A DNA stretch of 64,000 bases from Solirubrobacterales bacterium (GTDB taxonomy: Bacteria; Actinomycetota; Thermoleophilia; Solirubrobacterales; 70-9): contig DASSMJ010000017.1 of assembly GCA_035688955.1 (NCBI GenBank), positions 14,061 through 78,060 on the forward strand. Direction: 5' to 3'. Shown piece by piece: positions 7,460-15,662 of the stretch. The notes below the pieces were generated by a model. The model was given only the letters and a program-made list of their open reading frames with translations. It was not told the DNA's origin and ran no database searches. Numbering within the stretch: the stretch's first letter is position 1; the number at the start of each line of letters is the position of its first letter. Made by a program: the position numbers and the translations under genes.

Positions 7460-7479
7460 CTAGGGCCTTGCGCGAAGCC

Positions 7480-9096
7480 CTACGCCAGATTCGCCTTGCG
7501 CGGGTAGGCGACCTCGGGATCAGTGAGCACATTGACCAGGGTCGGCCGCCCTGAGGAGAAGGCCCGCTCCAGCGCCGGCTTCAGCTCCCCCGGCTCGCGC
7601 ACCAGGATCCCGTCGCAGCCGAGCGATTCGACCAGCTGCTCGTAGCGCGTTTCCGGCCGCAGCTCGGCCGCCACCGAGTAGCCGTAGAGGAATTTCATCG
7701 GATGGTGCTCGAGCCCCCAGATGCCGTTGTTGCCCATCACCCCGACGACGCCGAGGCCGTGCCGCGCCATCGTGTCGAACTCCATGCCGGCGAAGCCGAA
7801 GGCGCCGTCGCCCAGCAGCAGGCAGACCTGGCGGTCGGGATGGGCGACCTTGGCTCCGATCGCCTGTCCCGGCCCGGCTCCGAGGCAGCCAAAGGGACCC
7901 GGGTCCATCCAGCAGCCCGGCTGGTAGGTCTCTATGTAGCGACCGGCGTAGGAGACGAAGTCGCCGCCGTCGCCGACAACGACCGCGTCGCGGTCGAGGA
8001 CTTCGTTCAGCTCACGGTAGACCCGCACCGGGTGCAGCGGCGAGCGCTCGTCGTCGAGCTCCACCCGCTCGGCCGCCCGCTTCTCCTTCTCGGCGCCGCG
8101 CAGCTGCTCGAGCCAGGCGCCGGTCCGCGCCGCCCCCTCCCCCGCCGCTTCCAGCAGCGCCGCCAGCGTCGCCCGCACGTCGCCGACCAGGTCGACCTCG
8201 GGGGCGCGGTTGGCGACCAGCGCGTTCGGTGCCACGTCGAGGCGGACGATCTTCGTCTCCTCGCCGAAGCTGCCGCCGAAGCCGAGCCGGAAGTCCATCG
8301 GCACCCCGATCACGAGGGCGACGTCGGCGCCCTTCAGCGCCTGCCCGCGGGTGCGGCTGAAGGCAAGCTCGTGGTCGGCGGGCAGGCAGCCGCGGCCGAG
8401 CCCGTTGAGGTAGACCGGAATCCCGACCGCCTCGGCCAGAGCTCGCAGCTCCTCCTCGCCGTGCCCCCAGTAGAGGCCCGTCCCGGCCATGATCGCCGGA
8501 CGCTCCGCCGCGGCCAGCAGCGTCGCCGCCTCCTCGATGCCCTCGGCCGGCCGCGCCTCGGCTGCCCCAGGCACCGGCGGCAGCTCGAGCTCGGCCTCAG
8601 TGAAGACGACGTCAAGCGGATAGTCAACGAAGGTCGGCCCGCTCGGCGCCTCGGCCGCGCGGTCGAGCGCGGCGGCGGTCACAGGAGCAATCCGCGCTGG
8701 GTCCTTCACGGTCTCCGCCGACTTGACCAGCGGCGAGACGAACGGCAGGTGGTCGATCTCCTGCAGCGAGCCCGAGCCCCAGCGCAGCTCCGGCGCCCGC
8801 CCGCCGAGGACGCAGACCGGCGAGTAGTTGGCCTGGGCGCCGGCGATCGCGCTGAGCCCGTTGGTCACACCCGGCCCGGCGGTCAGCGCCGCCACCCCGA
8901 CCCGCCGGGTCGCCTTCGCGATCCCCTCGGCGGCGAAGGCGGCGGTCTGCTCGTGGCGGACGTCGACCAGCTCGATCCCCTCGGCTTTGCAGCCGTCGTA
9001 GATCGAGAAGAGGTGCCCGCCGGAAAGCGTGAAAAGGTGATCCACCCCGCGCGACTTCAGCGCCTTCGCGACCAGCTTGCCGCCGTGCTCGGCCAT
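7480..9096 (-). CDS. Thiamine-pyrophosphate-dependent enzyme (acetolactate synthase large subunit / oxalyl-CoA decarboxylase-like)
   Basis: 538 aa. The N-terminal TPP_enzyme_N signature [19 protein letters not shown]...[34 protein letters not shown] and the C-terminal GDGAFGF TPP-binding motif are both present. Confidence 0.8.
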   Translation of the reverse strand: MAEHGGKLVAKALKSRGVDHLFTLSGGHLFSIYDGCKAEGIELVDVRHEQTAAFAAEGIAKATRRVGVAALTAGPGVTNGLSAIAGAQANYSPVCVLGGRAPELRWGSGSLQEIDHLPFVSPLVKSAETVKDPARIAPVTAAALDRAAEAPSGPTFVDYPLDVVFTEAELELPPVPGAAEARPAEGIEEAATLLAAAERPAIMAGTGLYWGHGEEELRALAEAVGIPVYLNGLGRGCLPADHELAFSRTRGQALKGADVALVIGVPMDFRLGFGGSFGEETKIVRLDVAPNALVANRAPEVDLVGDVRATLAALLEAAGEGAARTGAWLEQLRGAEKEKRAAERVELDDERSPLHPVRVYRELNEVLDRDAVVVGDGGDFVSYAGRYIETYQPGCWMDPGPFGCLGAGPGQAIGAKVAHPDRQVCLLLGDGAFGFAGMEFDTMARHGLGVVGVMGNNGIWGLEHHPMKFLYGYSVAAELRPETRYEQLVESLGCDGILVREPGELKPALERAFSSGRPTLVNVLTDPEVAYPRKANLA

Positions 9097-9143
9097 GGCG
9101 GCAGACTATTGGCTGGCCGGCCATGGCGGGTTACCATCGCCTG

Positions 9144-9229
9144 GCCCGGATGGCGAAACCGGTAAACGCGGCGGCCTTAAAAGTCGCTGCCCCTCTCGGG
9201 GCTTGCGGGTTCGAGTCCCGCTCCGGGCA
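9144..9229 (+). tRNA. tRNA-Leu (anticodon TAA), type II with long variable arm
   Basis: GCCCGGA acceptor pairs with TCCGGGC. Anticodon arm is GCGGC-CTTAAAA-GTCGC, variable arm TGCCCCTCTCGGGGCT, T-arm GCGGGTTCGAGTCCCGC. Confidence 0.9.
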
Positions 9230-9373
9230 CTCTTCCCCGTCACCTCCCGAACCTAAATCCCTGCTTCTGCTGGTTTTCCGGGCTCCTAAAAGGGCACTAA
9301 ATGTTCTAAGGGCGCAACTCGGCCCTTGTTACGGTGTCTATTAGCTCAGACCCAGTCCTCAGGGGAGAGATCT

Positions 9374-10903
9374 TTGGAGGCTTCAGCTCTAACTCATGCC
9401 AGTCGCCGCGGGCTCCTCGCCCGCCGTTCGCCGCTGCTCAAGCTGCAGGGCGACGAGAAGCTGATCGCGATGGCGCGGGCGGGGAACCCGGGCGCCTTCG
9501 AGACGATCGTCGACCGCTACCAGGGCCGCCTGCTCGGCTTCTGCCGCCAGATGCTGGGCTCGACCGAGGACGCCGAAGACGTCCTGCAGGAGGTCTTCGT
9601 CAACGCCTACCGGGCGATGTTGGCCGACGAGCGGGAGATCAACCTCCGCCCCTGGCTCTACCGGATCGCCCGCAACCGCTGCCTCAACTACCTGCGCAAG
9701 CCGAAGGCCGACGCGCAGGAATCGATGGACATGGTCCCCGAGGTCGAGGCCGCCTCGACCGCCGAGAAGGTCCACAACCGCGAGGAGTTCCGGCAGATCC
9801 TCAGCGACGTCAACAAGCTTCCCGAGACCCAGCGCGCCGCCCTGCTGCTGCGCGAGATGGACTCGCTCTCCTACGAGGAGATCGCCGCCGCGATGGACAC
9901 CACGGTGCCCTCGGTCAAGTCGCTGCTGGTGCGGGCGCGCATCTCCCTCGCCGAGGCGAGCCAGGCGCGGCTGCTGACCTGCGGTGAGGTCCGGGTCGAG
10001 ATCTCCGAAGCTGCCGAGGGCCTGCGCAAGGTCTCCGCGCCGGTCCGTCGCCACGTCCGCGAGTGCGAGGAGTGCGCCGATTTCCGCTCGCAGGTCCGCT
10101 CGACCAACAAAGCGCTGGCGGCGCTCTCGCCGATCGGCCCGCTGCTGGCTCTCAAAGGCTTCCTGCTCTCCAAGCTCGGCCTCAGCACCGGCGGTGCCGG
10201 CGCGGCAGGTGCCGGTGCCGCGAGCGCCGGAGTCGGTGCCGGTGCGATGGGCGGCGCCGCTGCTGCGATCAGCGGTGGCTCGGCGGCCGGCGGGATCGGC
10301 GCGGTCGGCGGCGCAATCGGGACCAAAGCCGTCGCCGGAGTGGTCACCGCGGCGCTGCTGACGGCCGGCGCGGTCGAGGTCAAGCACTCGACCAGCTCGA
10401 CCCCGGTCACCCCCGCTGCCAAGACCGCGACGCGGAACTACCCGACGGTCGAACCGACCGCGGACATCGCCAAAGCCGCCCCGATCCCGGCGCCGAAAGC
10501 CGAACAGCCGCCGGTCGAAGCCGTCGAGGCGACGCCGATCCCGGCCCCCGAACCCACCGCCGCGGAAGAGGAAGCCCCGGCAGCCGATCCGGCCCCGGCT
10601 GCCGTAAACGACGAGGAAGCCGCCGACCAGTCGGCCGCCGAAGGCGAGATCACGATCGGCGATCCGGAATCCGAAGGCCTCGGTTCGGCCAAACCGTCTG
10701 AAGAAGTCGCCGGCGCCCACGGCGGCAGCGGCACCGTCGTCGTGACCACCGCGCCGGCCACCCCCCCTCCGGCCGAACCGGCACCCGCCCCGGCGCCGGA
10801 ATCCACGCCGCCGCCGGCCGAACCGGCCGAAGCGAGCCCGCCGCCGGCGGCTCCCCCGGTGGTCGAAGTCGAACTGCCGCCGGTGCTTACCGAAGGCCTA
10901 TGA
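9374..10903 (+). CDS. ECF-type sigma-70 factor fused to a zf-HC2 anti-sigma-like segment, a TM/Gly-Ala region and a Pro/Ala-rich C-terminal tail
   Basis: Region 2 (DAEDVLQEVFVNAYRA...PWLYRIARNRCLNYLRK) and region 4 (LPETQRAALLLREMDSLSYEEIAAAMDTTVPSVKSLLVRARISL) are followed in the same ORF by HVRECEEC (H-x3-C-x2-C), a hydrophobic/Gly-Ala stretch and PAPxP repeats. I prefer the TTG at 9374, after the GGGGAGAG RBS. The ORF opens at 9326. Confidence 0.75.
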   Translation: MEASALTHASRRGLLARRSPLLKLQGDEKLIAMARAGNPGAFETIVDRYQGRLLGFCRQMLGSTEDAEDVLQEVFVNAYRAMLADEREINLRPWLYRIARNRCLNYLRKPKADAQESMDMVPEVEAASTAEKVHNREEFRQILSDVNKLPETQRAALLLREMDSLSYEEIAAAMDTTVPSVKSLLVRARISLAEASQARLLTCGEVRVEISEAAEGLRKVSAPVRRHVRECEECADFRSQVRSTNKALAALSPIGPLLALKGFLLSKLGLSTGGAGAAGAGAASAGVGAGAMGGAAAAISGGSAAGGIGAVGGAIGTKAVAGVVTAALLTAGAVEVKHSTSSTPVTPAAKTATRNYPTVEPTADIAKAAPIPAPKAEQPPVEAVEATPIPAPEPTAAEEEAPAADPAPAAVNDEEAADQSAAEGEITIGDPESEGLGSAKPSEEVAGAHGGSGTVVVTTAPATPPPAEPAPAPAPESTPPPAEPAEASPPPAAPPVVEVELPPVLTEGL

Positions 10904-10942
10904 CTTTGAGCCGGCGCGGCTAGCCGGTTTTCTCCGACAGGC

Positions 10943-11656
10943 TCAGACGTTGTGCGTCTGACCGGGCTCGAGGATCACGACCTGCGACGAGGTCTGCGCC
11001 TCGACGTCGGCCTTAAAGGCCGCGGCGTCGGTCTCGATCGGCGGGAAGGTGTCGAAGTGGATCGGAATCACCGTCTTCGCGCCGATGAACTTGACCGCGT
11101 GGACGGCGTCGTGGCGATCCATCGTGTAGTGGCCGCCGATCGGCAGCAGGGCGATGTCCGGCTGCTCGAGCTCGCCGATCAGCTTCATGTCGCCGAACAG
11201 GCAGGTGTCGCCGGCGTGGTAAACGGTGACGCCGCCGAGCTTGACGATGAAGCCGCTGGGGGTGCCGATCGCGATCCCGTGCTCGGCGCTGAACGGAGCC
11301 TCTTCGGAGCCCGGCAGGGTGCTGGTGTGCCAGGCCGGGACGAGCTTGATCGAGCCCCAGTCGAAGGTGACGGTGCCGCCGAGGTTGGGGTCGCTGACGT
11401 TCTCGATGCCCTGGCCCTTCAGCCATTCCGCGAGCTCGACCATCGAGACGCAGTGGGCGCCGGTCCGCTTCGCCACCGGCACCGCGTCGGCCATGTGGTC
11501 GGCGTGGCCGTGGGTGATCGCGATGTGGGTCGGGGCAACCTCGTCGCCGGTCGCGACCGCGGCGGGGTTGTTCGGCTTCAGGAACGGGTCGATCAGCAGC
11601 GTCGTCTCGCCCTCGCTCAGCTCGAAGGTGGAATGGCCGTGGTACTTGATCTCCAT
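10943..11656 (-). CDS. UPF0173-type metal-dependent hydrolase (metallo-beta-lactamase fold)
   Basis: 237 aa. MEIKYHGHSTFELS...LLIDPF...ITHGHADH... is typical of the UPF0173/YtkL family. Confidence 0.85.
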   Translation of the reverse strand: MEIKYHGHSTFELSEGETTLLIDPFLKPNNPAAVATGDEVAPTHIAITHGHADHMADAVPVAKRTGAHCVSMVELAEWLKGQGIENVSDPNLGGTVTFDWGSIKLVPAWHTSTLPGSEEAPFSAEHGIAIGTPSGFIVKLGGVTVYHAGDTCLFGDMKLIGELEQPDIALLPIGGHYTMDRHDAVHAVKFIGAKTVIPIHFDTFPPIETDAAAFKADVEAQTSSQVVILEPGQTHNV

Positions 11657-11657
11657 C

Positions 11658-11975
11658 TCAGCTCTCTTCCTTGGTTTCGCTCATCTCTTCCTTCAGTGCC
11701 CAGCCGACGGCGACGCCAACCATCATCCCCATCCTCGCCTCCTCGGCGAGCAGGGCGCGGACGGCGGTGAGGCGCTCCTCGGGATCCGGGGCGGTCGCTG
11801 CCTTCAGGCTCTCGGCCTCGTGCGGCTCCCCGAACCAGCCTCCCTCGGCGAGCGCGGCGGCCAGGACCTTCTGCAGCTGGGGCGCGGCTTTGGCGACGAT
11901 GCGCTCGGCCTCGGAGAACCGCTCCGGATCGAGCAGCCGCTCGATCGCCGCTTCGAGCTTGCTCTCGTCGGGCAC
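11658..11975 (-). CDS. Hypothetical small protein
   Basis: 105-aa ORF immediately upstream of, and co-directional with, the hydrolase gene (1-nt gap). Coding-like composition, no recognisable family. Confidence 0.45.
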   Translation of the reverse strand: MPDESKLEAAIERLLDPERFSEAERIVAKAAPQLQKVLAAALAEGGWFGEPHEAESLKAATAPDPEERLTAVRALLAEEARMGMMVGVAVGWALKEEMSETKEES

Positions 11976-11999
11976 GCCCGAAACCCTAGCCCCCTGCCG

Positions 12000-12767
12000 C
12001 TACTCGGAGCGGTGGAAGGCCGAGGTGGCGGTGCCGGCGAGCAGGCCGACGGCGCCGCCGACCAGGCCGGCGACGAGGTCGGCGGTGGGGGCGAATAGCG
12101 GCAGCGCGATCAGGACCACGGCGGCGACGGCAACGCCGATCGCGTCGTAGTCCTCGCCGATCATGCCGCTGACCTCGGCGCGGCGGATCGCGAACCAGGC
12201 GCCGACGGCGCCGAGAGCCATGCCGTTGCCACCGGCGACGACGGTGAAGTCGTCCTGGGCGTTGGCGACGACGCTCGCTGCCAGCATCCCCAGCGCCCCG
12301 CAGGCGAGGAGCAGGACCGCCGTCGGCAGCGTGCCGAGCCGGCGCTCGACCCCGGTGCCGAAGATCGCCAGGCCGACCGCGACGACGAAGAGGTAGCCGA
12401 CGTCGACGTAGGCGAAGGGCGCCGTCAGCACCCGCCACCACTCGTCTTCGAGCGGGATGACGAGGCCGCCGAAGGTCGCCAGAGCGTCGCCGCTTGCCTT
12501 CTGGATCAGCAGCAGGATCGCCGAGGCGAGGATCACGGCGGTCGTTGCGTAGGGGCGATCTTCGGAGACGGCGAAGCTCGGCCGGCCGGGGCGCGGGAGC
12601 CGCCGTCGGCGCCGCCGCGGCTGCTGCGCCTCGAGCGCGTCGCCGCGCCGCTCCAGCTTTGGCGCCCGCTTGCGCAACCGGGCCCCGCAGTACGGGCACT
12701 CGGTTACGTAGGGACTGACCTCGGAGCCGCAGTTCTTGCAGATGACGCTGAGCTCAGTCTCGCTCAT
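12000..12767 (-). CDS. Rhomboid-fold membrane protein with N-terminal zinc ribbon; catalytic Ser/His apparently replaced
   Basis: CKNCGSEVSPYVTECPYCG zinc ribbon, then the rhomboid landmarks EWWRVLTAPFAY, VERRLG, AGGNGMALGAVGAW and ADLVAGLVGGAVGLLAG. Start taken at MSETEL (12767). The ORF extends to 12845. Confidence 0.7.
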   Translation of the reverse strand: MSETELSVICKNCGSEVSPYVTECPYCGARLRKRAPKLERRGDALEAQQPRRRRRRLPRPGRPSFAVSEDRPYATTAVILASAILLLIQKASGDALATFGGLVIPLEDEWWRVLTAPFAYVDVGYLFVVAVGLAIFGTGVERRLGTLPTAVLLLACGALGMLAASVVANAQDDFTVVAGGNGMALGAVGAWFAIRRAEVSGMIGEDYDAIGVAVAAVVLIALPLFAPTADLVAGLVGGAVGLLAGTATSAFHRSE

Positions 12768-12867
12768 CTGTCGAGGATACCCCGCTCCAGAAAGCGGGAC
12801 TGCGACTGCCTTCGGCCCGTTGCCGGTGACATACTCCCCAGACACCCATCTTCGAGGAGGAATTCAC

Positions 12868-13788
12868 GTGGAGTTGAAGAGTCTGACCGAGCAGAAATCG
12901 CTGCTGGAGGTCCTGCCGCCGGGCAAACGCGCCCGCCTGCACCGCCTTCTGTTCGAGTTCGGCCCGGGCAACGGAACCCTGATGCTGCTGCCGATCGACC
13001 AGGGGATCGAGCACGGTCCGCGCGACTTCTTCCCCAACCCCGCCTCGAAGGACCCCGACTACCAGTTCCGGCTCGCCGCCGAGGCCGGTTACTCCGCCCT
13101 CGCCTGCCAGATCGGCATGGCCGAGAAGTACTACCCCGACTACGCCGGCCGGGTGCCGCTGATCCTCAAGGTCAACGGCAAGACCGACGTCCCCTCCTCC
13201 TCCAAGGCCTTCTCGAGCTGCAACGCCAGCGTCGAGGACGGCGTCCGCCTCGGCGCCGACGCGATCGGCTACACGCTTTACGTCGGCTCGCCGCGCCAGG
13301 ACGAGGATCTCGCCCAGCTGCGCCGCGTGCGTGAGGAATGCGACCGCTTCGGCATGCCGCTGGTCGTCTGGTCCTACCCGCGCGGCGAAGCGATCGAGGC
13401 CAAGGGCGGCCAGAACAGCTTCTACGCGATCGACTACGCGGCCCGGATGGCGATGGAGATGGGCGCCGACGTGGTCAAGCTCAACATGCCGAAGGTCGAT
13501 CCGAGCAAGGACAAGGACGCCCCGGCGCCTTACAACGAGATGGACGTCGACCAGCCCGAGGCGATCCGCCAGTGCGTCGAATCGGCCGGCCGCGCCCTCG
13601 TCGTCCTCTCCGGCGGCTCCAAGACCGATGACGAGACCGTCATCACCAACACCCGCGACGTGATGCAGGCCGGCGGCTCCGGCGTCATCTTCGGCCGCAA
13701 CGTCTGGCAGCGCGAGTGGAACGAGGCGCTGGCGATCATCGAGCAGATCAAGGAGACCCTGCTCAGCAACGTGCGCCGCACCCCGTAG
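12868..13788 (+). CDS. Class I (DhnA-type) fructose-bisphosphate aldolase family protein
   Basis: LMLLPIDQGIEHGP...GYSALACQIGMAEKYY...PLILKVNGKT...VKLN...VLSGGSK are DhnA/FbaB-family landmarks. GTG start at 12868 is preceded by GGAGGA. The ORF track start at 12736 overlaps the divergent gene. Confidence 0.8.
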   Translation: MELKSLTEQKSLLEVLPPGKRARLHRLLFEFGPGNGTLMLLPIDQGIEHGPRDFFPNPASKDPDYQFRLAAEAGYSALACQIGMAEKYYPDYAGRVPLILKVNGKTDVPSSSKAFSSCNASVEDGVRLGADAIGYTLYVGSPRQDEDLAQLRRVREECDRFGMPLVVWSYPRGEAIEAKGGQNSFYAIDYAARMAMEMGADVVKLNMPKVDPSKDKDAPAPYNEMDVDQPEAIRQCVESAGRALVVLSGGSKTDDETVITNTRDVMQAGGSGVIFGRNVWQREWNEALAIIEQIKETLLSNVRRTP

Positions 13789-13824
13789 GGGGGAGAGTTT
13801 GATCGCGCCGCGCCTTGAGGAGAG

Positions 13825-14325
13825 GTGCGGCGCGACAGCGGCAGTCTTCTTCTCCTGGTTCTGATCGCCACGGTTCTCCTGCGGCCGTGGGAGCACGTGC
13901 GCCTCGGCGACCCACCGCCGCGGAGCGCCTGGGCCTACGTTCGGCGCGCCGTCGACGGCGACACGATCGAGGTGCGGCTGGCGGGCGGCGAGGTCGAGGA
14001 CGTGCGCTACATCGGCATCGACACCCCGGAGACGGTCAAGCCCGACACCCCGGTGCAGTGCTTCGGGCCACAGGCGCACCGCTTCAACGCCCGACTCGTC
14101 GCCCACCGGCGGGTACGGCTCGTCTTCGGCGTCGAGCGGCGCGACGTCTACGGGCGGCTGCTCGCCTACGTCTACCGAGGGGACCGCTTCGTCAACGCGG
14201 AACTGGCGCGGCGCGGCTTTGCGCGGACGCTCGAGATCGCTCCCAACGACCGCCTCGCGAGACGCTTCGAACGGCTTCAGCAAGCGGCTGCGCGGGCCGG
14301 GCGCGGCCTCTGGGGGGCCTGCTGA
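13825..14325 (+). CDS. Secreted or membrane-anchored thermonuclease (staphylococcal nuclease homologue)
   Basis: N-terminal hydrophobic segment LLLLVLIATVLL, then VDGDTIEVRL...VRYIGIDTPE...GPQA...DVYGRLLAYVY...FVNAELARRGFA, the SNase motifs. Confidence 0.8.
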   Translation: MRRDSGSLLLLVLIATVLLRPWEHVRLGDPPPRSAWAYVRRAVDGDTIEVRLAGGEVEDVRYIGIDTPETVKPDTPVQCFGPQAHRFNARLVAHRRVRLVFGVERRDVYGRLLAYVYRGDRFVNAELARRGFARTLEIAPNDRLARRFERLQQAAARAGRGLWGAC

Positions 14326-14417
14326 AATATGAGCGAATCGTGAGCCGTGCAAGATCTTTTGCTACGGTCACCGCTGCCCCAGGGTCCTCCCCAAAAGGAA
14401 CCGGGCGACTTTTCCTT

Positions 14418-14657
14418 ATGAGAATGCGACAGAGCATCTCCCAGTTCGAGACCGCCTTCGAGCAGGAGACCTACCTCGAGCGCCGCCGGCGCGAGCAGCT
14501 GCGCCGCCGTGCGGCCAACCGGTCGCGGGCGCGCAAAATCAACCGCGTCGAGCAGGAGGGCAAGGTCCGCTTCAGCGTCCTCGCCGTTTGCCTGACGGCA
14601 ACGGTGATCGTCGTCGTGATGGCGATGTTCGAGGCGCTCTCCTTCTTGATGTCGTAG
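14418..14657 (+). CDS. Hypothetical small single-pass membrane protein
   Basis: 79-aa ATG-initiated ORF with a basic N-terminus and C-terminal TM helix FSVLAVCLTATVIVVVMAMF. Internal to a longer artefactual ORF. No family recognised. Confidence 0.4.
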   Translation: MRMRQSISQFETAFEQETYLERRRREQLRRRAANRSRARKINRVEQEGKVRFSVLAVCLTATVIVVVMAMFEALSFLMS

Positions 14658-14724
14658 CCCGATCCAGATCTTCTTCTCCCCCACCCCGCAGCCCAATGCC
14701 CTCCTTCAATAGACTCGCGCGCCG

Positions 14725-15288
14725 ATGGCTCGTCGCTCGCTGAAGCCGCAGCTGAATCAGATCCGCGCCTGGGTGCAACAGGGGCGGACCGATGCCTGGA
14801 TTGCCCACCAGCTCGAGATCAGCGCTCAGGAGCTGCGCGACTTCCGCAAGCAGTACGACCTCTCCCCCGACGAGGAGGGCGCCGGCGCCGGCGAAGTCGA
14901 TCTCCGCGACGAAATCGAAGCCGAGATCGAGGCGGCGACCGAAGCCGAAGAGGTCGAGGACGAGGAGGAGAGCGACGAAGACGAGGAGCGCGAGGATCGG
15001 CCCGAGCCGGGCTCCGGCCGTCGCCGCCGCCGCCGTCGCGGCCGCCGTGGCGGGCGCGGGCGGCGCAAAGAGCTCGAGGCGACCTTCGACCACGGTGAGA
15101 CCGACGGCTACGGCCTCTGGCTCGACGCCGCGGTCAAGGACAACCCCGTCTACAGCGAGCACTGGGCCGGCAAGCGCGACGTCACCGTCCGCATCGAGGC
15201 CGACCAGATCGTCATCCGCCGCGCCGGCGAGCCCAGCGGCAACGGCAACGGCGAGAACGACTCCGAGCCCGACGACTCGGACGAGTAG
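14725..15288 (+). CDS. Hypothetical protein: N-terminal HTH-like segment, then acidic and poly-Arg/RGG blocks
   Basis: 187 aa. QIRAWVQQGRTDAWIAHQLEISAQELRDFRKQY, then EIEAEIEAATEAEEVEDEEESDEDEE followed by GRRRRRRRGRRGGRGRRK. The mirror-frame ORFs are low-complexity artefacts. Confidence 0.5.
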   Translation: MARRSLKPQLNQIRAWVQQGRTDAWIAHQLEISAQELRDFRKQYDLSPDEEGAGAGEVDLRDEIEAEIEAATEAEEVEDEEESDEDEEREDRPEPGSGRRRRRRRGRRGGRGRRKELEATFDHGETDGYGLWLDAAVKDNPVYSEHWAGKRDVTVRIEADQIVIRRAGEPSGNGNGENDSEPDDSDE

Positions 15289-15612
15289 CTAGACCTCCAG
15301 CTTCCTTCCCCCGGCGAAGTCAGACGCTCCCCTGAGGTAGAGCCAGAAGGCGGCGTCGCCGAGTGACTGCGCCTCATCCTCCATCGCAGGCGCGACGTCG
15401 ATCGCCACCTGCTGACACCAGTCCGTCCCCTCGCCGTAGAGGTCGGCAAGCTCAGCGGCGCTGAAGGTCGGGCCGATCCGGCGGCGCAGCTCTTCGCGGA
15501 TCGAGTCGACGACCCGGTCGGCCATGCGGCGCTGCCGCGGGTCCTCGATCTCATCCAGGGAACGTTTCCCCGACTCCCACTGGAAGAGCGCGTTGTCGAG
15601 CGGGTAGGCCAT
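15289..15612 (-). CDS. Hypothetical protein
   Basis: 107-aa ORF with balanced, coding-like composition. No family recognised. Confidence 0.45.
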   Translation of the reverse strand: MAYPLDNALFQWESGKRSLDEIEDPRQRRMADRVVDSIREELRRRIGPTFSAAELADLYGEGTDWCQQVAIDVAPAMEDEAQSLGDAAFWLYLRGASDFAGGRKLEV

Positions 15613-15662
15613 CGGCCGAGGTTACCCGGCCGGCTGCACCGGCAATCGGGCGCGCATCCGCA

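Noticed and set aside
7133-7479. Assignment of the structured spacer to a named RNA family (6S, 6C, RNase P, SRP, tmRNA, riboswitch).
   Set aside because: None of the conserved cores I know are present. These include GAGGAAAGTCC for RNase P, the SRP domain IV motif, the tmRNA tRNA-like end and paired C-rich 6C loops. Only one C-rich loop is seen. It is kept only as an unclassified sRNA candidate.
7702-9165. 487-aa plus-strand ORF opposite the TPP-enzyme gene. The same applies to 12754..14352 (-), 19888..21282 (+), 22476..24245 (+), 51305..53023 (+), 54967..56070 (-) and 56486..57724 (-).
   Set aside because: All are antisense to genes with diagnostic motifs (TPP enzyme, aldolase/nuclease, PPIase, mfd, metG, LCP, glyQS). 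All have R/G/A/P/D/E/V/L-rich artefact composition.
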